In this document: positions 9,281-20,000 of the stretch, piece by piece
How positions within the stretch are numbered: position 1 is the stretch's first letter
How the letters are laid out: each line of letters opens with the position of its first letter
Source of the DNA: a virus
Lineage: Duplodnaviria; Caudoviricetes
DNA: 64,000 nucleotides
Virus record (IMG/VR): IMGVR_UViG_3300013902_000013
Coordinates: 1 to 64,000 of that record
Direction: 5' to 3' (one strand)
Notes under the pieces: generated by a model
Database searches by the model: none
Told to the model about the DNA's origin: nothing
Seen by the model: only the letters and a program-made list of their open reading frames with translations
Program-made: the position numbers and the translations under genes

Positions 9281-9832
9281 TTACATTACTACTCTCTTAA
9301 TTAAAACGTATACAGTTAAATTAGCTGTAGGTACTTTTGATGCTGTAAATGTAATTTGATTTTTTGCCTGCGCTGAAGCGTAAACTCCTGCTTCCATATA
9401 CGCGCTCATACTTGCTATTTCTGGCGTTATATGTATTTCCTGTTCTGTTTCTATTGCACTTGTGCCTGATACTGTGACTACCTGCGTATAAACATCTCCA
9501 CTTGCTGTCCATCCTGTTGACGAAAGGATAATACTTGTTTGACTTGGTATTAAATCAAAACTATAAGTTTGAACAAACATGGCATCTGCTTCTAAAGAAC
9601 TAATGTAGATTTTTTCATCGCTGATACATGAAAAAATTGCACGTGTATTTTTTTGATAATAACTAAGATTAAAATAAAGTGATCCATTATAAAAAACAAT
9701 TTCTTTTTTTCCTATTGCTCCATCTATTGATGTTAAAGCTGAATTTATTACTTTCGTACTTGTAAGTTTTGTTCCATCAATAACTAACGACGTACTACCA
9801 CCCGCGCCAAGTAAAATTCCATTTACTGCCAT
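9281..9832 (-). CDS. GILLG-cassette protein carrying the repeated C-terminal tail domain
   Basis: Start re-called to ATG 9832 (MAVNGILLGAGG; RBS GGAAAGGA upstream). The C-terminal half is homologous to 8966-9265. Confidence 0.75.
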   Translation of the reverse strand: MAVNGILLGAGGSTSLVIDGTKLTSTKVINSALTSIDGAIGKKEIVFYNGSLYFNLSYYQKNTRAIFSCISDEKIYISSLEADAMFVQTYSFDLIPSQTSIILSSTGWTASGDVYTQVVTVSGTSAIETEQEIHITPEIASMSAYMEAGVYASAQAKNQITFTASKVPTANLTVYVLIKRVVM

Positions 9833-9856
9833 TTTTATCAATCCTTTCCAATATTA

Positions 9857-9897
9857 AAAACCCACACTTTTTTGAAATGTAAAAAAGTGTAAGTTTT
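9857..9897. repeat. Imperfect 17-bp inverted repeat between the divergent cassette blocks
   Basis: AAAACCCACACTTTTTT-gaaatgt-AAAAAAGTGTAAGTTTT (15/17 complementary). Confidence 0.75.
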
Positions 9898-10071
9898 CAT
9901 TTGTAAACTATAAAAATTATAAAAAAATTGGTAAGAGATATAGTTATCCCTTACCGGCATAAGATATTCTATATCTCTATATATTATAAAAACGCGCTCA
10001 GCGGCTTGAGCCATTTTTGTCCAAAAAATTTTACTGATTTTATTATCTTGTAAATAGACAAGGAGGTCTTT

Positions 10072-10464
10072 ATGGCAGTTGATGGTATTTTACTTGGAAA
10101 AAGTAATAATAGTAATACTCCTTTTAAAAAAATAGAATATACAGGAGGAGCAGATTGGTCAACTTCTAATAAACTTACTTTTACTTTAGAATGTGAACCT
10201 ACTTATTTAATGATTTATTATAATTCATATAACTGCTTTTTACAGTATTTCAAGCTTGAAGACGGTTCAACAATGGGATATATAATGTATAATGGTAATG
10301 GACCAGTTTTAAATATTCAAAATGGATATATAGGTGGCAGTAATTATTATGAAATGTCTGTAACAATTTCTGGTAAAACAGTGACCTTAGTAGCGCCTTA
10401 TGTAAGTGGTCGTCCACCTTATTTTAATGGTGGTGGAGCAAAAGGTATTATTTTATATTATTAA
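10072..10464 (+). CDS. GILLG-cassette protein 2
   Basis: MAVDGILLGKS; AAGGAGG RBS; opposite strand to the surrounding operon. Confidence 0.8.
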   Translation: MAVDGILLGKSNNSNTPFKKIEYTGGADWSTSNKLTFTLECEPTYLMIYYNSYNCFLQYFKLEDGSTMGYIMYNGNGPVLNIQNGYIGGSNYYEMSVTISGKTVTLVAPYVSGRPPYFNGGGAKGIILYY

Positions 10465-10512
10465 AATTTTATTTAATATTTTTATTCTGTACTCACAAAA
10501 GGAGTGAATTAA

Positions 10513-10893
10513 ATGAGTACAGAAGGAATTTTATTAAATCAATTATCTTTATCTGAGAGTTTAAAGGTAAAAAGAATATATTTTAAAACCAGTTCTATGG
10601 ATAGAAACAAAGGATGGGGGATTGGTATTATAGCACCTACACAATTCCCTTTACCTTTTGAAATAAATCCTGAAAAAACTATTGTTCTTATTAATGGTGG
10701 TTTAGTATGTAGTGATAGTGGTTCAAGCTCTTATCCTGATACTGATATTGGAACAATATATGTCTCTGAAATTACTTCAAACACAATAGCGTTTAGTATG
10801 AGTCATGCTTTTTATATAGACTATGATAGCAAGACTCAAATATATGGATATAAAGCAGGCACTTTTAATTGGATTTTAATTGAATTTGAATAA
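10513..10893 (+). CDS. GILLG-cassette protein 3
   Basis: MSTEGILLNQ; AAGGAG RBS. Confidence 0.8.
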   Translation: MSTEGILLNQLSLSESLKVKRIYFKTSSMDRNKGWGIGIIAPTQFPLPFEINPEKTIVLINGGLVCSDSGSSSYPDTDIGTIYVSEITSNTIAFSMSHAFYIDYDSKTQIYGYKAGTFNWILIEFE

Positions 10894-10940
10894 TTTTTTA
10901 ATTAAATTAAAAACCTGTACTCAAAGAAAGGATACTTTAC

Positions 10941-11411
10941 ATGAGTACAGGAATATTACTTGGTCAAGGCGGCGGTAGCTCAATCCCCGCAGGCCTAATA
11001 TGTATGTGGTCTGGTTCTAGTTCTAATATACCTAACGGATGGGTACTATGCAATGGAAGTAACAACACTCCAGACTTAAGAGATAAATTTGTGCTGGGTG
11101 CAGGCAATAATTATGCTGTGGGCGCAACAGGTGGTGAAAAAGAAGTTACTCTTACTGTTGCGCAAATGCCTAGTCATAATCATGATATTGGGAATCATAG
11201 CCATAGTATAATTAATTATTATGATTACAGAAGTGGTTCTTCTGGTTTGGGTCTTGAGTATAACACTTGTGGTTCTGGCAGCTCAAAAATTTTACCAGGT
11301 TTATATACAAGCGGCATATCTGGTGATACCACCACTTCATCTATAGGTGAAGGAAAATCTCACAATAATATGCCACCTTATTATGCTCTTTGTTTTATAA
11401 TGAAATTGTAA
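10941..11411 (+). CDS. GILLG-cassette protein 4: tail-collar/fibre-tip-type domain
   Basis: MSTGILLGQGG followed by IPAGLICMWSG...GWVLCNG..NTPDLRDKFVLGAG...GGEKEVTLTVAQMPSHNH...HNNMPPYYALCFIMK, the classic phage tail-collar signature. Confidence 0.85.
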   Translation: MSTGILLGQGGGSSIPAGLICMWSGSSSNIPNGWVLCNGSNNTPDLRDKFVLGAGNNYAVGATGGEKEVTLTVAQMPSHNHDIGNHSHSIINYYDYRSGSSGLGLEYNTCGSGSSKILPGLYTSGISGDTTTSSIGEGKSHNNMPPYYALCFIMKL

Positions 11412-11464
11412 AATATTACAAGTCTTTTAAATGGTGTATATTTCTAACACAAGGAGATTACACC

Positions 11465-11944
11465 ATGGCAACAAATGGAATTTTACTAGGACAAATAACT
11501 AATAATATAATAAATGCCGATACTGTCGAAGCAATTCAAGGAAATTTTGAAAATGGCAGGTATAAAACCATATATGAAAATAATGAAGGAAAAAACGCAA
11601 CATTTACCTTTACTCCAAAAATTAGTGGTTATATAAATTTTGTAGTTATAGATGGAAGCAGAGAAAATTCTGAAATAACATCATCCGCTTCAGTGTATAG
11701 GGTCTGCCTTCAAGATAGAAATAAATTATATTTTTATTTTTTTAAAAAAAGAATAATAGTGGACACAGTAGGAAAAATTTTAGATGAACCGCCCAGTGAT
11801 AATGCACGCTTCCACAAAATTTTAATTACCGAACCCGTAAAAATTACCGCTAACCAAACATTAACGATACAAACAATATGCAATACTGGAAAATGGTATC
11901 AAGTAGGCATTTTATATGATATAGTGCCTAAAATAGATATTTAA
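11465..11944 (+). CDS. GILLG-cassette protein 5
   Basis: Start re-called from 11390 to ATG 11465 (MATNGILLGQ; AAGGAG RBS), same frame. Confidence 0.75.
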   Translation: MATNGILLGQITNNIINADTVEAIQGNFENGRYKTIYENNEGKNATFTFTPKISGYINFVVIDGSRENSEITSSASVYRVCLQDRNKLYFYFFKKRIIVDTVGKILDEPPSDNARFHKILITEPVKITANQTLTIQTICNTGKWYQVGILYDIVPKIDI

Positions 11945-11982
11945 AAAATCCCCTCTACTAATTACAGTAGAGGGGATTTTTT
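11943..11982. terminator. Bidirectional intrinsic terminator
   Basis: 17-bp inverted repeat AAAAAATCCCCTCTACT / AGTAGAGGGGATTTTTT between convergent genes. Confidence 0.9.
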
Positions 11983-14439
11983 TTATTGTGGATAAAAAGT
12001 AAATAAGTTAATCGCTTTACTATTTTCTTTACTCATAACAACAGTTATTGTATTCGTATCAAAACTAATACTTTCTATATTACTATAATCTTCATTGTCT
12101 TTATCTTTACAAACTACCATAGGTTGTTTATCGCTTGTAAAATTATTTGCAACAGAAAGAACAACTTGTACCTTATTATCTGAAGTAGTAGACCAAGTGC
12201 CTGTTCCAGAAGATTTAAGTGGAATGGTAAAATTTGTCTTTATAGTTGTCGCCGCGGCAACCTGTCGACCTAATTCATTACAATAATCTGTTAGAACATC
12301 TACTTGGTCATCAATCTCTGCTGCACTATATACACTTAAATTCTTGCGCGCCTGCTCTACGGTCGTGGCACCAGTTCCGCCATGCGCAATATCTATGGTA
12401 GAACTCTTAAAGTTATTTAAACTTGTTTGAATAGTATTTATTTGACTTTGCATATTTGAAAAAGCATCATCAAATACAGTGTCATCATCTATAGACACCT
12501 TTAAAGCTATATCTTGAGTTTCAAATGAAACATCTTCTGACATTTTTTTTAAGAGGGCTTCATCGAAATTCAAGATTCCACCTCTTGATACTTGATTAGA
12601 AGTTGTTATAACTCTTAGTTCAGTTAATTTTTTAACAGTGCTATCTATTGATTTAAGACTATTATTTAATGTTGTAAGCTGTGTTGTAAATTCACTATTT
12701 TTCTGATTTATATAATTAACAGTATAAGTTTTATCCATTGCGCCTGTACTATCATAAGTATTTTGCAATAGAGTAGCTAAAGAGCCTGCGCTTCCAGTAA
12801 CTTTGATAGAATCCCAAACACCAGCATCTGTCTTAAATACCCAATATCCATTTATTTCACCTTCACTATTGGTATAGTCTACACTAAACAAATTAGCTGA
12901 AGTAGCTGTATGTCCGTAAACTGCTTCTGCAATAGCACCAAATTGAGCTACATCTGCAGCGTTATTTGGATTAAGATTACCCTTGTATTTTCTTGTATCA
13001 ACTTTTGTATATCCAGAAACCGAAGCATCATAAGTAAAATCATAGTAATCTGCTATAGTGATTGGTGCGCCGGTATCACCCTTGTCACCCTTTTCTCCAG
13101 TATCACCTTTATCGCCCTTTTCACCTTGAACACCCTGTATTCCTTGGTCACCTTTTTCGCCTTGAACACCCTGTATTCCTTGGTCACCTTTCTCGCCTTG
13201 GATACCTTGTATACCTTGCTCTCCTTGAATACCTTGGTCACCTTTATCTCCTTTATCACCTTTTTCACCCCTAATATTGCATTGTTTGATCCAAGCACCG
13301 TTGGTCGCACGATAAATGTCCCAAGTATCGTTTCTAAGATAAAAGTCTCCATTCAAAGAGCCAGAACCTATGGTTGGTAGACTAGTACCTGCGCGCCACA
13401 CAGAAGGCTTTGCAAGAGCAAATGAAAGTTGATAAGTATTTGCATCTTTAATTGCGCCAGTCACTGCGGTTTTGCTTACATCATCTGGGGCGAGTGTAGA
13501 GAATGTGGTTGTAAATAAAGAGGTTTTAGGTAAATTCAATTTTAAGCGCCACTGGGTATCGTCCATGACTGAACTTGCGGTTGGTGTAGATGCTATCCAA
13601 GAACTTCCATCTTTAATGAAAGGGGAAAGAACCGTAGTATCAACCCCATCGAGCTGACGCGCGAGCGTAGCACAATACTTAAAAGTATAAGTTGTGCCAT
13701 TTACAGTGGTACAAAGATAAGTATTACCATTTTTACTATTTACGTAATAATCTCCAGAACCAAATTTTACACCATTTAATTCATCTGTAGTTATTGTTGT
13801 TGTTGTGTCACTTTTATTGGTAAGCTTAGTTCCATATAAATAAGTTAAACCTTTAGGTAGCTTAAAGTAAATGTTTGGATGCTCCGCATCAGAACTATCA
13901 ACACTTGCTTTTGGTTCTTGGTTAGTAAATATCCATTCACTATCCACAGTTATAATAGGGACATTACCAGTTAATGAAGCAACCAAATGATAACCAATGC
14001 CGAAATCATCATTTATCATATATTTATCCATACCATTTACTGGGTCTATACGTTCATCTTCAACTACAAGTTTATCATCACTAGTATAACATTTTTCCCA
14101 AATTGTAGTATTGAAAAGTTTTCCGTCTGCTACATCTTTATAAGTTCCATCCTTTTGTAAAGTAGGCACTTTATATTCTTTGTCAATTTGTCTATTGTAT
14201 TCCCAACGAGTTAAATCTTTAGTAAAAGTATAAGTTTGACCATAACATTCTTTAGTTTCTGCTTTTTGATAAATTGTTTTATCCGCAGGATTACCATAAT
14301 TTATAAAAACAAGTTCATTAATACCAATATTAGAATTCCAACGTGCTTGTAAATCTTCAAGCATTTCGGCTTTATTTTCAAAAATTTTAGCTATTCTAAA
14401 GCTTTTGCCTTGCTTACCACCATAAAAACTCATATCCAT
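11983..14439 (-). CDS. Tail fibre protein with collagen-like (G-X-Y) segment
   Basis: 818 aa; about 23 consecutive G-X-Y triplets, a coiled-coil and an IAHGGTGATT...ARKNL fibre motif. Confidence 0.8.
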   Translation of the reverse strand: MDMSFYGGKQGKSFRIAKIFENKAEMLEDLQARWNSNIGINELVFINYGNPADKTIYQKAETKECYGQTYTFTKDLTRWEYNRQIDKEYKVPTLQKDGTYKDVADGKLFNTTIWEKCYTSDDKLVVEDERIDPVNGMDKYMINDDFGIGYHLVASLTGNVPIITVDSEWIFTNQEPKASVDSSDAEHPNIYFKLPKGLTYLYGTKLTNKSDTTTTITTDELNGVKFGSGDYYVNSKNGNTYLCTTVNGTTYTFKYCATLARQLDGVDTTVLSPFIKDGSSWIASTPTASSVMDDTQWRLKLNLPKTSLFTTTFSTLAPDDVSKTAVTGAIKDANTYQLSFALAKPSVWRAGTSLPTIGSGSLNGDFYLRNDTWDIYRATNGAWIKQCNIRGEKGDKGDKGDQGIQGEQGIQGIQGEKGDQGIQGVQGEKGDQGIQGVQGEKGDKGDTGEKGDKGDTGAPITIADYYDFTYDASVSGYTKVDTRKYKGNLNPNNAADVAQFGAIAEAVYGHTATSANLFSVDYTNSEGEINGYWVFKTDAGVWDSIKVTGSAGSLATLLQNTYDSTGAMDKTYTVNYINQKNSEFTTQLTTLNNSLKSIDSTVKKLTELRVITTSNQVSRGGILNFDEALLKKMSEDVSFETQDIALKVSIDDDTVFDDAFSNMQSQINTIQTSLNNFKSSTIDIAHGGTGATTVEQARKNLSVYSAAEIDDQVDVLTDYCNELGRQVAAATTIKTNFTIPLKSSGTGTWSTTSDNKVQVVLSVANNFTSDKQPMVVCKDKDNEDYSNIESISFDTNTITVVMSKENSKAINLFTFYPQ
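13070..13272 (-). repeat. Collagen-coding repeat, including a near-exact 36-bp tandem duplication
   Basis: Units at 13124-13159 and 13160-13195 (CCTTGAACACCCTGTATTCCTTGGTCACCTTTYTCG) encode GEKGDQGIQGVQ twice. Confidence 0.85.
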
Positions 14440-15065
14440 TAGTTACTACCTCCTTCCTCTATTAAGAAGTCTATAATAACATTATTAATTTCTTTAACTC
14501 CTTTTTCTACATACACTCCATTAATTCCTCGGATTATTTCTGAACAAGCGCCATCCATCTGTGCAGAGTATCCAGTTTCAATTACCTCTCCATTAGAAAG
14601 TGTTCCACCTTGATAAATTACATTGTAATCTTTCCAATATTGAGCAGTGTAATTACCCTGAGAGTCTTTATTACCAGATAATCCTGCGATTGTAGTCATA
14701 TACTTATCATAAAAAGCTTTTGCAGCTTTACTTTGAGCTATACCATTAGTCAAATGTTTTTGAGTTTCGCCCTCATCTAATTCATAATTCTTTGGAGCTT
14801 CAAATCTTAAAAAATTAACATTTATATCTTCATCTAATTCATAAATTCCAGTTCTACCAATCATAATTGGAGAAGTGGAAGAATTTATATAAAATTTTGT
14901 ACCTGCCGGCGCCTGTATGCCTAACTTACTAAAATTTCCTTTTTTAAATTGAGAGACAATATCATTATAAATATTTAATGCCGTCCCCTCTATCGCAGAG
15001 GTCTGGTATCTCTCTTCTGTTCGGAAATCCTCTAACCTATAATATAATTGATACGGCTGAGCCAT
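14439..15065 (-). CDS. Tail-region hypothetical protein
   Basis: 208-aa ORF coupled to the fibre gene. Confidence 0.65.
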   Translation of the reverse strand: MAQPYQLYYRLEDFRTEERYQTSAIEGTALNIYNDIVSQFKKGNFSKLGIQAPAGTKFYINSSTSPIMIGRTGIYELDEDINVNFLRFEAPKNYELDEGETQKHLTNGIAQSKAAKAFYDKYMTTIAGLSGNKDSQGNYTAQYWKDYNVIYQGGTLSNGEVIETGYSAQMDGACSEIIRGINGVYVEKGVKEINNVIIDFLIEEGGSN

Positions 15066-15076
15066 TCCTTTTCCTC

Positions 15077-17080
15077 CTATACTCTAATCAGCGCTTCTTG
15101 TGCTGTGATAGACATAGTTCCATCATATGCAAGAGGAAGGCTGAATTGGGAGATTACATAATCTCCATCTATATTACTTAATTTATCTTTAACCTTTATC
15201 AAACAGTTTGGCTCTAAATAATAAATCGGCGTACAATTTATTGAAATAGCAGTATTATATACCAAATTCTGATAAAGTGATTCTCTAATATTTTCAAACG
15301 CGCTTGCACTTGTAGAAGATGTCAAAAAATAATTCTCCTGCTGAGGAGTATACAAACAATATTGTTGTCCATATGTATTATAATTATCACATGCAACTAT
15401 TATTTCTGCATTATTATCTTCTGAATTCAATACATAAATCACATCTGGTACTTCATTTTGATACAAGAGTGAAATAGTATTAACATTATTAACCTTTGCG
15501 CGGCGCCCGATCTTAGATACCGAATACCTACCTATCGCGGCACTTGAGTCTATGAAATCAAGCCAATACTCTAGAACAGCGGGATTTTGATATACGGTTG
15601 GATTCCAACCTTTATGACTTATATCTTCTCCCTCTTCAAGTTTAGTCCATTCTTCGTTACTTGGGTCATAGAGTTTGCGCCATTCTGCTAAAAGTTCATC
15701 ATCATAGACCTTTTTCTGATAAGATGAGTCTTGATAATTTATAACTGCGCGTCGATAAAGTTCTTCACGCCAGTCCGCCCACTCTAAATCACATGCCGGC
15801 GCGCATAAAAACCAACCATTATCTTTTTCCTCTTGCACTATACCCTCTGGAAGAATTGGCTTCGCACCACCCTTATCTACAAACTCATATCTGATAATTT
15901 TTTTATCTTTTACAAGTTTATACATATCCATTAAACATAAGTCAAGTTCTGGTTTCTTATCAATAACCACATGATATCTTATTCCTATAGATAATGAATC
16001 GGTAAGTTTGCGTTGACCCCAACAAATATAATCATTCTTAATATTATCGTATGATGGACTTTTGCTTACAGAAATTAATGTCTTAGAGTCATTAAAGGCG
16101 TAAGCATATTTACTATCATTAAAGAAGTTAATATAGTTTTCACCATTTAGCTTTTGTATTGGTGTATAAGATGTATTTAAATAATTTTTCTTAGATTGAA
16201 AGATAAATCTACCAAACACATCATAATAATATTCATAATTGCCGCCAAGTGCAGTAATTATTTTATCTAATACATTAGTAACACTCTGACCCGCGGACAT
16301 AGTTAAATCCCCCGGATATGTTAGAGGCGTGGACTTGTACCCTACATCTTCGCCGGATTCATATTTCTTCCAAGCTTCTGTATTTTTGTCTGGCGGTTCA
16401 TTTCCTATATAAAAGTATGAACCATCGTCTCTAAGCCACATAGGAGTAGAACCTTTATATTTTATTAATAATTTACCTGTTTCATCAACATCATTAATAA
16501 AAATATTACTTTCATCTTCTGCGCCAAAATGGAACACAGCTTCTCTAATAATCTGTCTTATGGTAGGGTATTCATAAGTAATATTACCTTCTTCATCTTC
16601 TACGTCAATCTGATGAAAAGCAACAGAAGAAGGAAGCATACCACCTACAGAGCCGTCAAGAAGAACCATCTTATCCTTACCACTAATAGAAATACTACAT
16701 CCTGAAGTTGAATTACTCATATTCGCGCTTGATATTACAAAAATACCGCATGGAAACCAAATTGTATCTCCATATTTCTTTTTATAACTTTTAAAAGGAT
16801 TGGTTAAACCAACTTCTACCTTAATCTTTTTATCAATACTAATTAAATTATCAATATTTTCAAGGTCATTGGTTTCTTCATTGGCAATCATGGTTAAACT
16901 AATAGTTCTTCTTATTGCCGCACTACCATTGACATTGAGTGAGCCACTAGATATAAGTCCTTGAATTTCTTTTATTGGTTCTTCTGCAAAAGAAAGAACA
17001 GTAAGTTTGCACCAGTGTTCTCTAAGATTCGCGCGATCCAGCTTTAAGAGGAATTCACTATCCTGAAGATACTCATACAT
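15077..17080 (-). CDS. Tail-tip/hub-like protein
   Basis: 667 aa; N-terminal GSLNVNG.AAIRRTISL and C-terminal YLEPN.LI.V......GDYVISQFSLPL...GTMSI patterns seen in tail hub proteins; located in the tail-tip block. Confidence 0.6.
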   Translation of the reverse strand: MYEYLQDSEFLLKLDRANLREHWCKLTVLSFAEEPIKEIQGLISSGSLNVNGSAAIRRTISLTMIANEETNDLENIDNLISIDKKIKVEVGLTNPFKSYKKKYGDTIWFPCGIFVISSANMSNSTSGCSISISGKDKMVLLDGSVGGMLPSSVAFHQIDVEDEEGNITYEYPTIRQIIREAVFHFGAEDESNIFINDVDETGKLLIKYKGSTPMWLRDDGSYFYIGNEPPDKNTEAWKKYESGEDVGYKSTPLTYPGDLTMSAGQSVTNVLDKIITALGGNYEYYYDVFGRFIFQSKKNYLNTSYTPIQKLNGENYINFFNDSKYAYAFNDSKTLISVSKSPSYDNIKNDYICWGQRKLTDSLSIGIRYHVVIDKKPELDLCLMDMYKLVKDKKIIRYEFVDKGGAKPILPEGIVQEEKDNGWFLCAPACDLEWADWREELYRRAVINYQDSSYQKKVYDDELLAEWRKLYDPSNEEWTKLEEGEDISHKGWNPTVYQNPAVLEYWLDFIDSSAAIGRYSVSKIGRRAKVNNVNTISLLYQNEVPDVIYVLNSEDNNAEIIVACDNYNTYGQQYCLYTPQQENYFLTSSTSASAFENIRESLYQNLVYNTAISINCTPIYYLEPNCLIKVKDKLSNIDGDYVISQFSLPLAYDGTMSITAQEALIRV

Positions 17081-17086
17081 AGCCTA

Positions 17087-20000
17087 TCACCCCGCATTCG
17101 CCGCCGCGCCCATTGTAAGAACACTAACCTTACATGTATAATTAATTAATGCATAATTCTTGGTATTGTCCGCAAATTTTAGGCTTGCTATATCTCCATC
17201 AGATAAATTATTTAGCACATATCTTTCTGTTGCACCTATTCTAATTGCGCGGTCAGTTTTGTCATATTTAGATTTAATATAAATAATAGTGCCTTCATCT
17301 GCTTCTATATCAAGCTTAGATATATGTTCAAAGGCATAATACCTTGTACCATCATTATAAGTATCATCAGTTTCATCATAATTAGAAAAACTTGTTTTAT
17401 AAGTATTTTCAGTTTGTTTACGACACATTTGTTTGATAGTCTCAAGAATATCGTCTGTTTGAATTACTATATAATTCATTTGATGTTGAGCGTCATAGGT
17501 ACTGTCTACTGCATTTGGGTCTGCTTCATTATAAACTCTATACTCAGTTTTTATTCTCTTGTCATTATAATTATTTAAAATCTTTTTATCTGTCTCAAAT
17601 GCACCACCCAGCTGACCCCATATAGTAAGCATATCTTTGCTAACAACAGTTCTGGATAAAGCTTCAGTTGTAATAACTCGTGCAGTATAATTAATTGTAA
17701 TAGGCGTATAATATTTCTGCTTTATTCCATCTTTATCAGTTGCTTCAAAAGGTAAAGTAAAAATCTGATGACCAGAAGTCATAGCAAAATTATCAAAATT
17801 ATATGTCCTATTAGGTTTTATTCTAATCTCATTACCGTCTATTGTAAGTTTAATTGAAGAATAATAAGTATTCTTAGAAATTGCTTCTTGGAGCGTTTCG
17901 AGTGTTGTTCTCTGTTTTTGTAGCTCCGCAATCTCGTTCTTTAACCTTAATACTTTATATTCTATAGTTTCTAATTCAAGTGAAGTTTTCTTTCGAGCTA
18001 TTTCAGTATCAATAATACTAATTTGAGCGTCAAAATTTTGATTAGGATAAACGTCTATAGAAATAGCTTTGAGATTTCTAAATTGATATTCATAATCAGA
18101 ATCTCCAATCCTTTGACGACAATTCTCTACAATAGCTTGCATAATATCATCAGTTTCTGTAAATAAACCGCTGACCTGTCCGCAAATAGTTTCAGTATCA
18201 CCAACTTGTTCTTGGAACTCGCCTATATCTATTAAATCGAATTCGTCTAAGTTCTCAAGGCTAGGTTCATCTACTTCAATCGCAGTCGCGCTAAATGAAT
18301 AAATTAATCTGCCTAATTCTTCTTTCGGCGTTAAAGAAACTTCTGTAAGAACTACTAATATATTTCCTTCAGTTGGAGACTTATATAATTTATATTCTCC
18401 ATCATTTAAAAAATCTATTAACAGCTCTCTATATTTGCGTTCAACAAAATAATAATCATCTGTTAAATCATTACTATTATCCAAGTTATTTACATCACAA
18501 ACATAAATTCCACCGAGCCACTCTTTAATATTTCCATCTTCATCTTCTATTCTATCAAAATCTTCAAAATTATCCGCGCGGCGCCAGTAATTATCTTTGC
18601 TATTTACACTAAAACAAATTTTATCTGCTCCAACCAAATAATCTCCAGATTTGAATCTAAAGCTGTCAGAATCTACATATTCTGCAACCTCTTGTTCTAC
18701 GGAAATAAGCCCTTCAACCTGAAACTCAGAATAATAAGCATAACCATTCTTAGTTACAACTGGATATTTTCCACCTATTGTATCTTGTTTATTTTGTAAA
18801 ACATTTTTCTTAAAAGATTGAATTGTATTATCATACATCAGTCTAATATGACCTTTAGTTCCAAGAATATAATTGTATTGAAAATCAACCCAGCGCGCAG
18901 GCGCACCTTTCTCCATAAGAGGTACAGACCTATATCCCGAACTATTTTCTTTAACTATTGCATATTTATATTTAATACCACTTTCTATTGTATAATCAGT
19001 TTTGTATAAAATATCTTTAGTACCAACAACTGTAAAATAACATAAATCTTCCCAAAAATTATAATCAGAATATTCGTCAGTTCTTATAATTACAAAATTA
19101 CCAGATATGCTATCTTTAAAATCAATGGCTAACACCATGCAGCCTTCTTCATTCGTTAAAGCATTAGTATGGTCATATACTTCAAGAGTTATCCCTGCTA
19201 ACTGATTTAAACGACTAGGGATTACTTCAAAATAACTGGGGTTGGAAGAACCTTCATATCCATTCTTTGTTATAACAGAATATAATAAAGTATATTGCTC
19301 GTTTTCTGATAAAGTCTGTTTAAATCTGTACTTATCACTACTTAACACAGCAGGTGTTTTACTTATAAGGTCTTCAATTTGATTTTCTTGTAACCAATTT
19401 TTATCTAAAGAAACATTATCTTGCGTAACATTATGTTGAAGCCATCCTGTATCTAAAAATAAATCTGCTTCGTCTGTAGATTGTCCTTTATAAACTCTAA
19501 ACCTATATTTATCTACAGGTTCGTTAGAAATACAACCATAACGACCAGAAAATAATGGTGTTATTGTATCTACTGCGTGCAACGTACTATCAAACTGTAC
19601 ATTACTACTTGAATCAGACAACTGTTCACTTGAAAGTGCTATTAATGGTTGACTTATACATTTTAAAACCATAATAGTAGACCACTCACCAAAAGTCTGG
19701 TAAGTGGTCGTATTATTAGTTATCTGTGTAGTTTTCCAATTATAAAAATCTTTTCGATTTTTTTCATCAAGCCAAGAAAGCTCAGAATCTGCGCCAAAAC
19801 GCATCTGAACCTTATAATAAGTATCTTGTTGCCATCTAGGCTCTGCTAAATCAGAATTAAGTATAGTAACTTCACCATCTGTAAAATTTACATCAGTGTT
19901 TTTCTTATAAATAATTCCGTCTGGGTATTTAGTAGTATCTACTATAGATGCACCATTAGATTGTTTAACAATCTTTATTTGAACGTGTCCTATGTCAGAT

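Noticed and set aside
1-14439. Diversity-generating retroelement targeting the tail-fibre genes
   Set aside because: No reverse transcriptase and no template/variable repeat pair differing at adenines were seen in the window.
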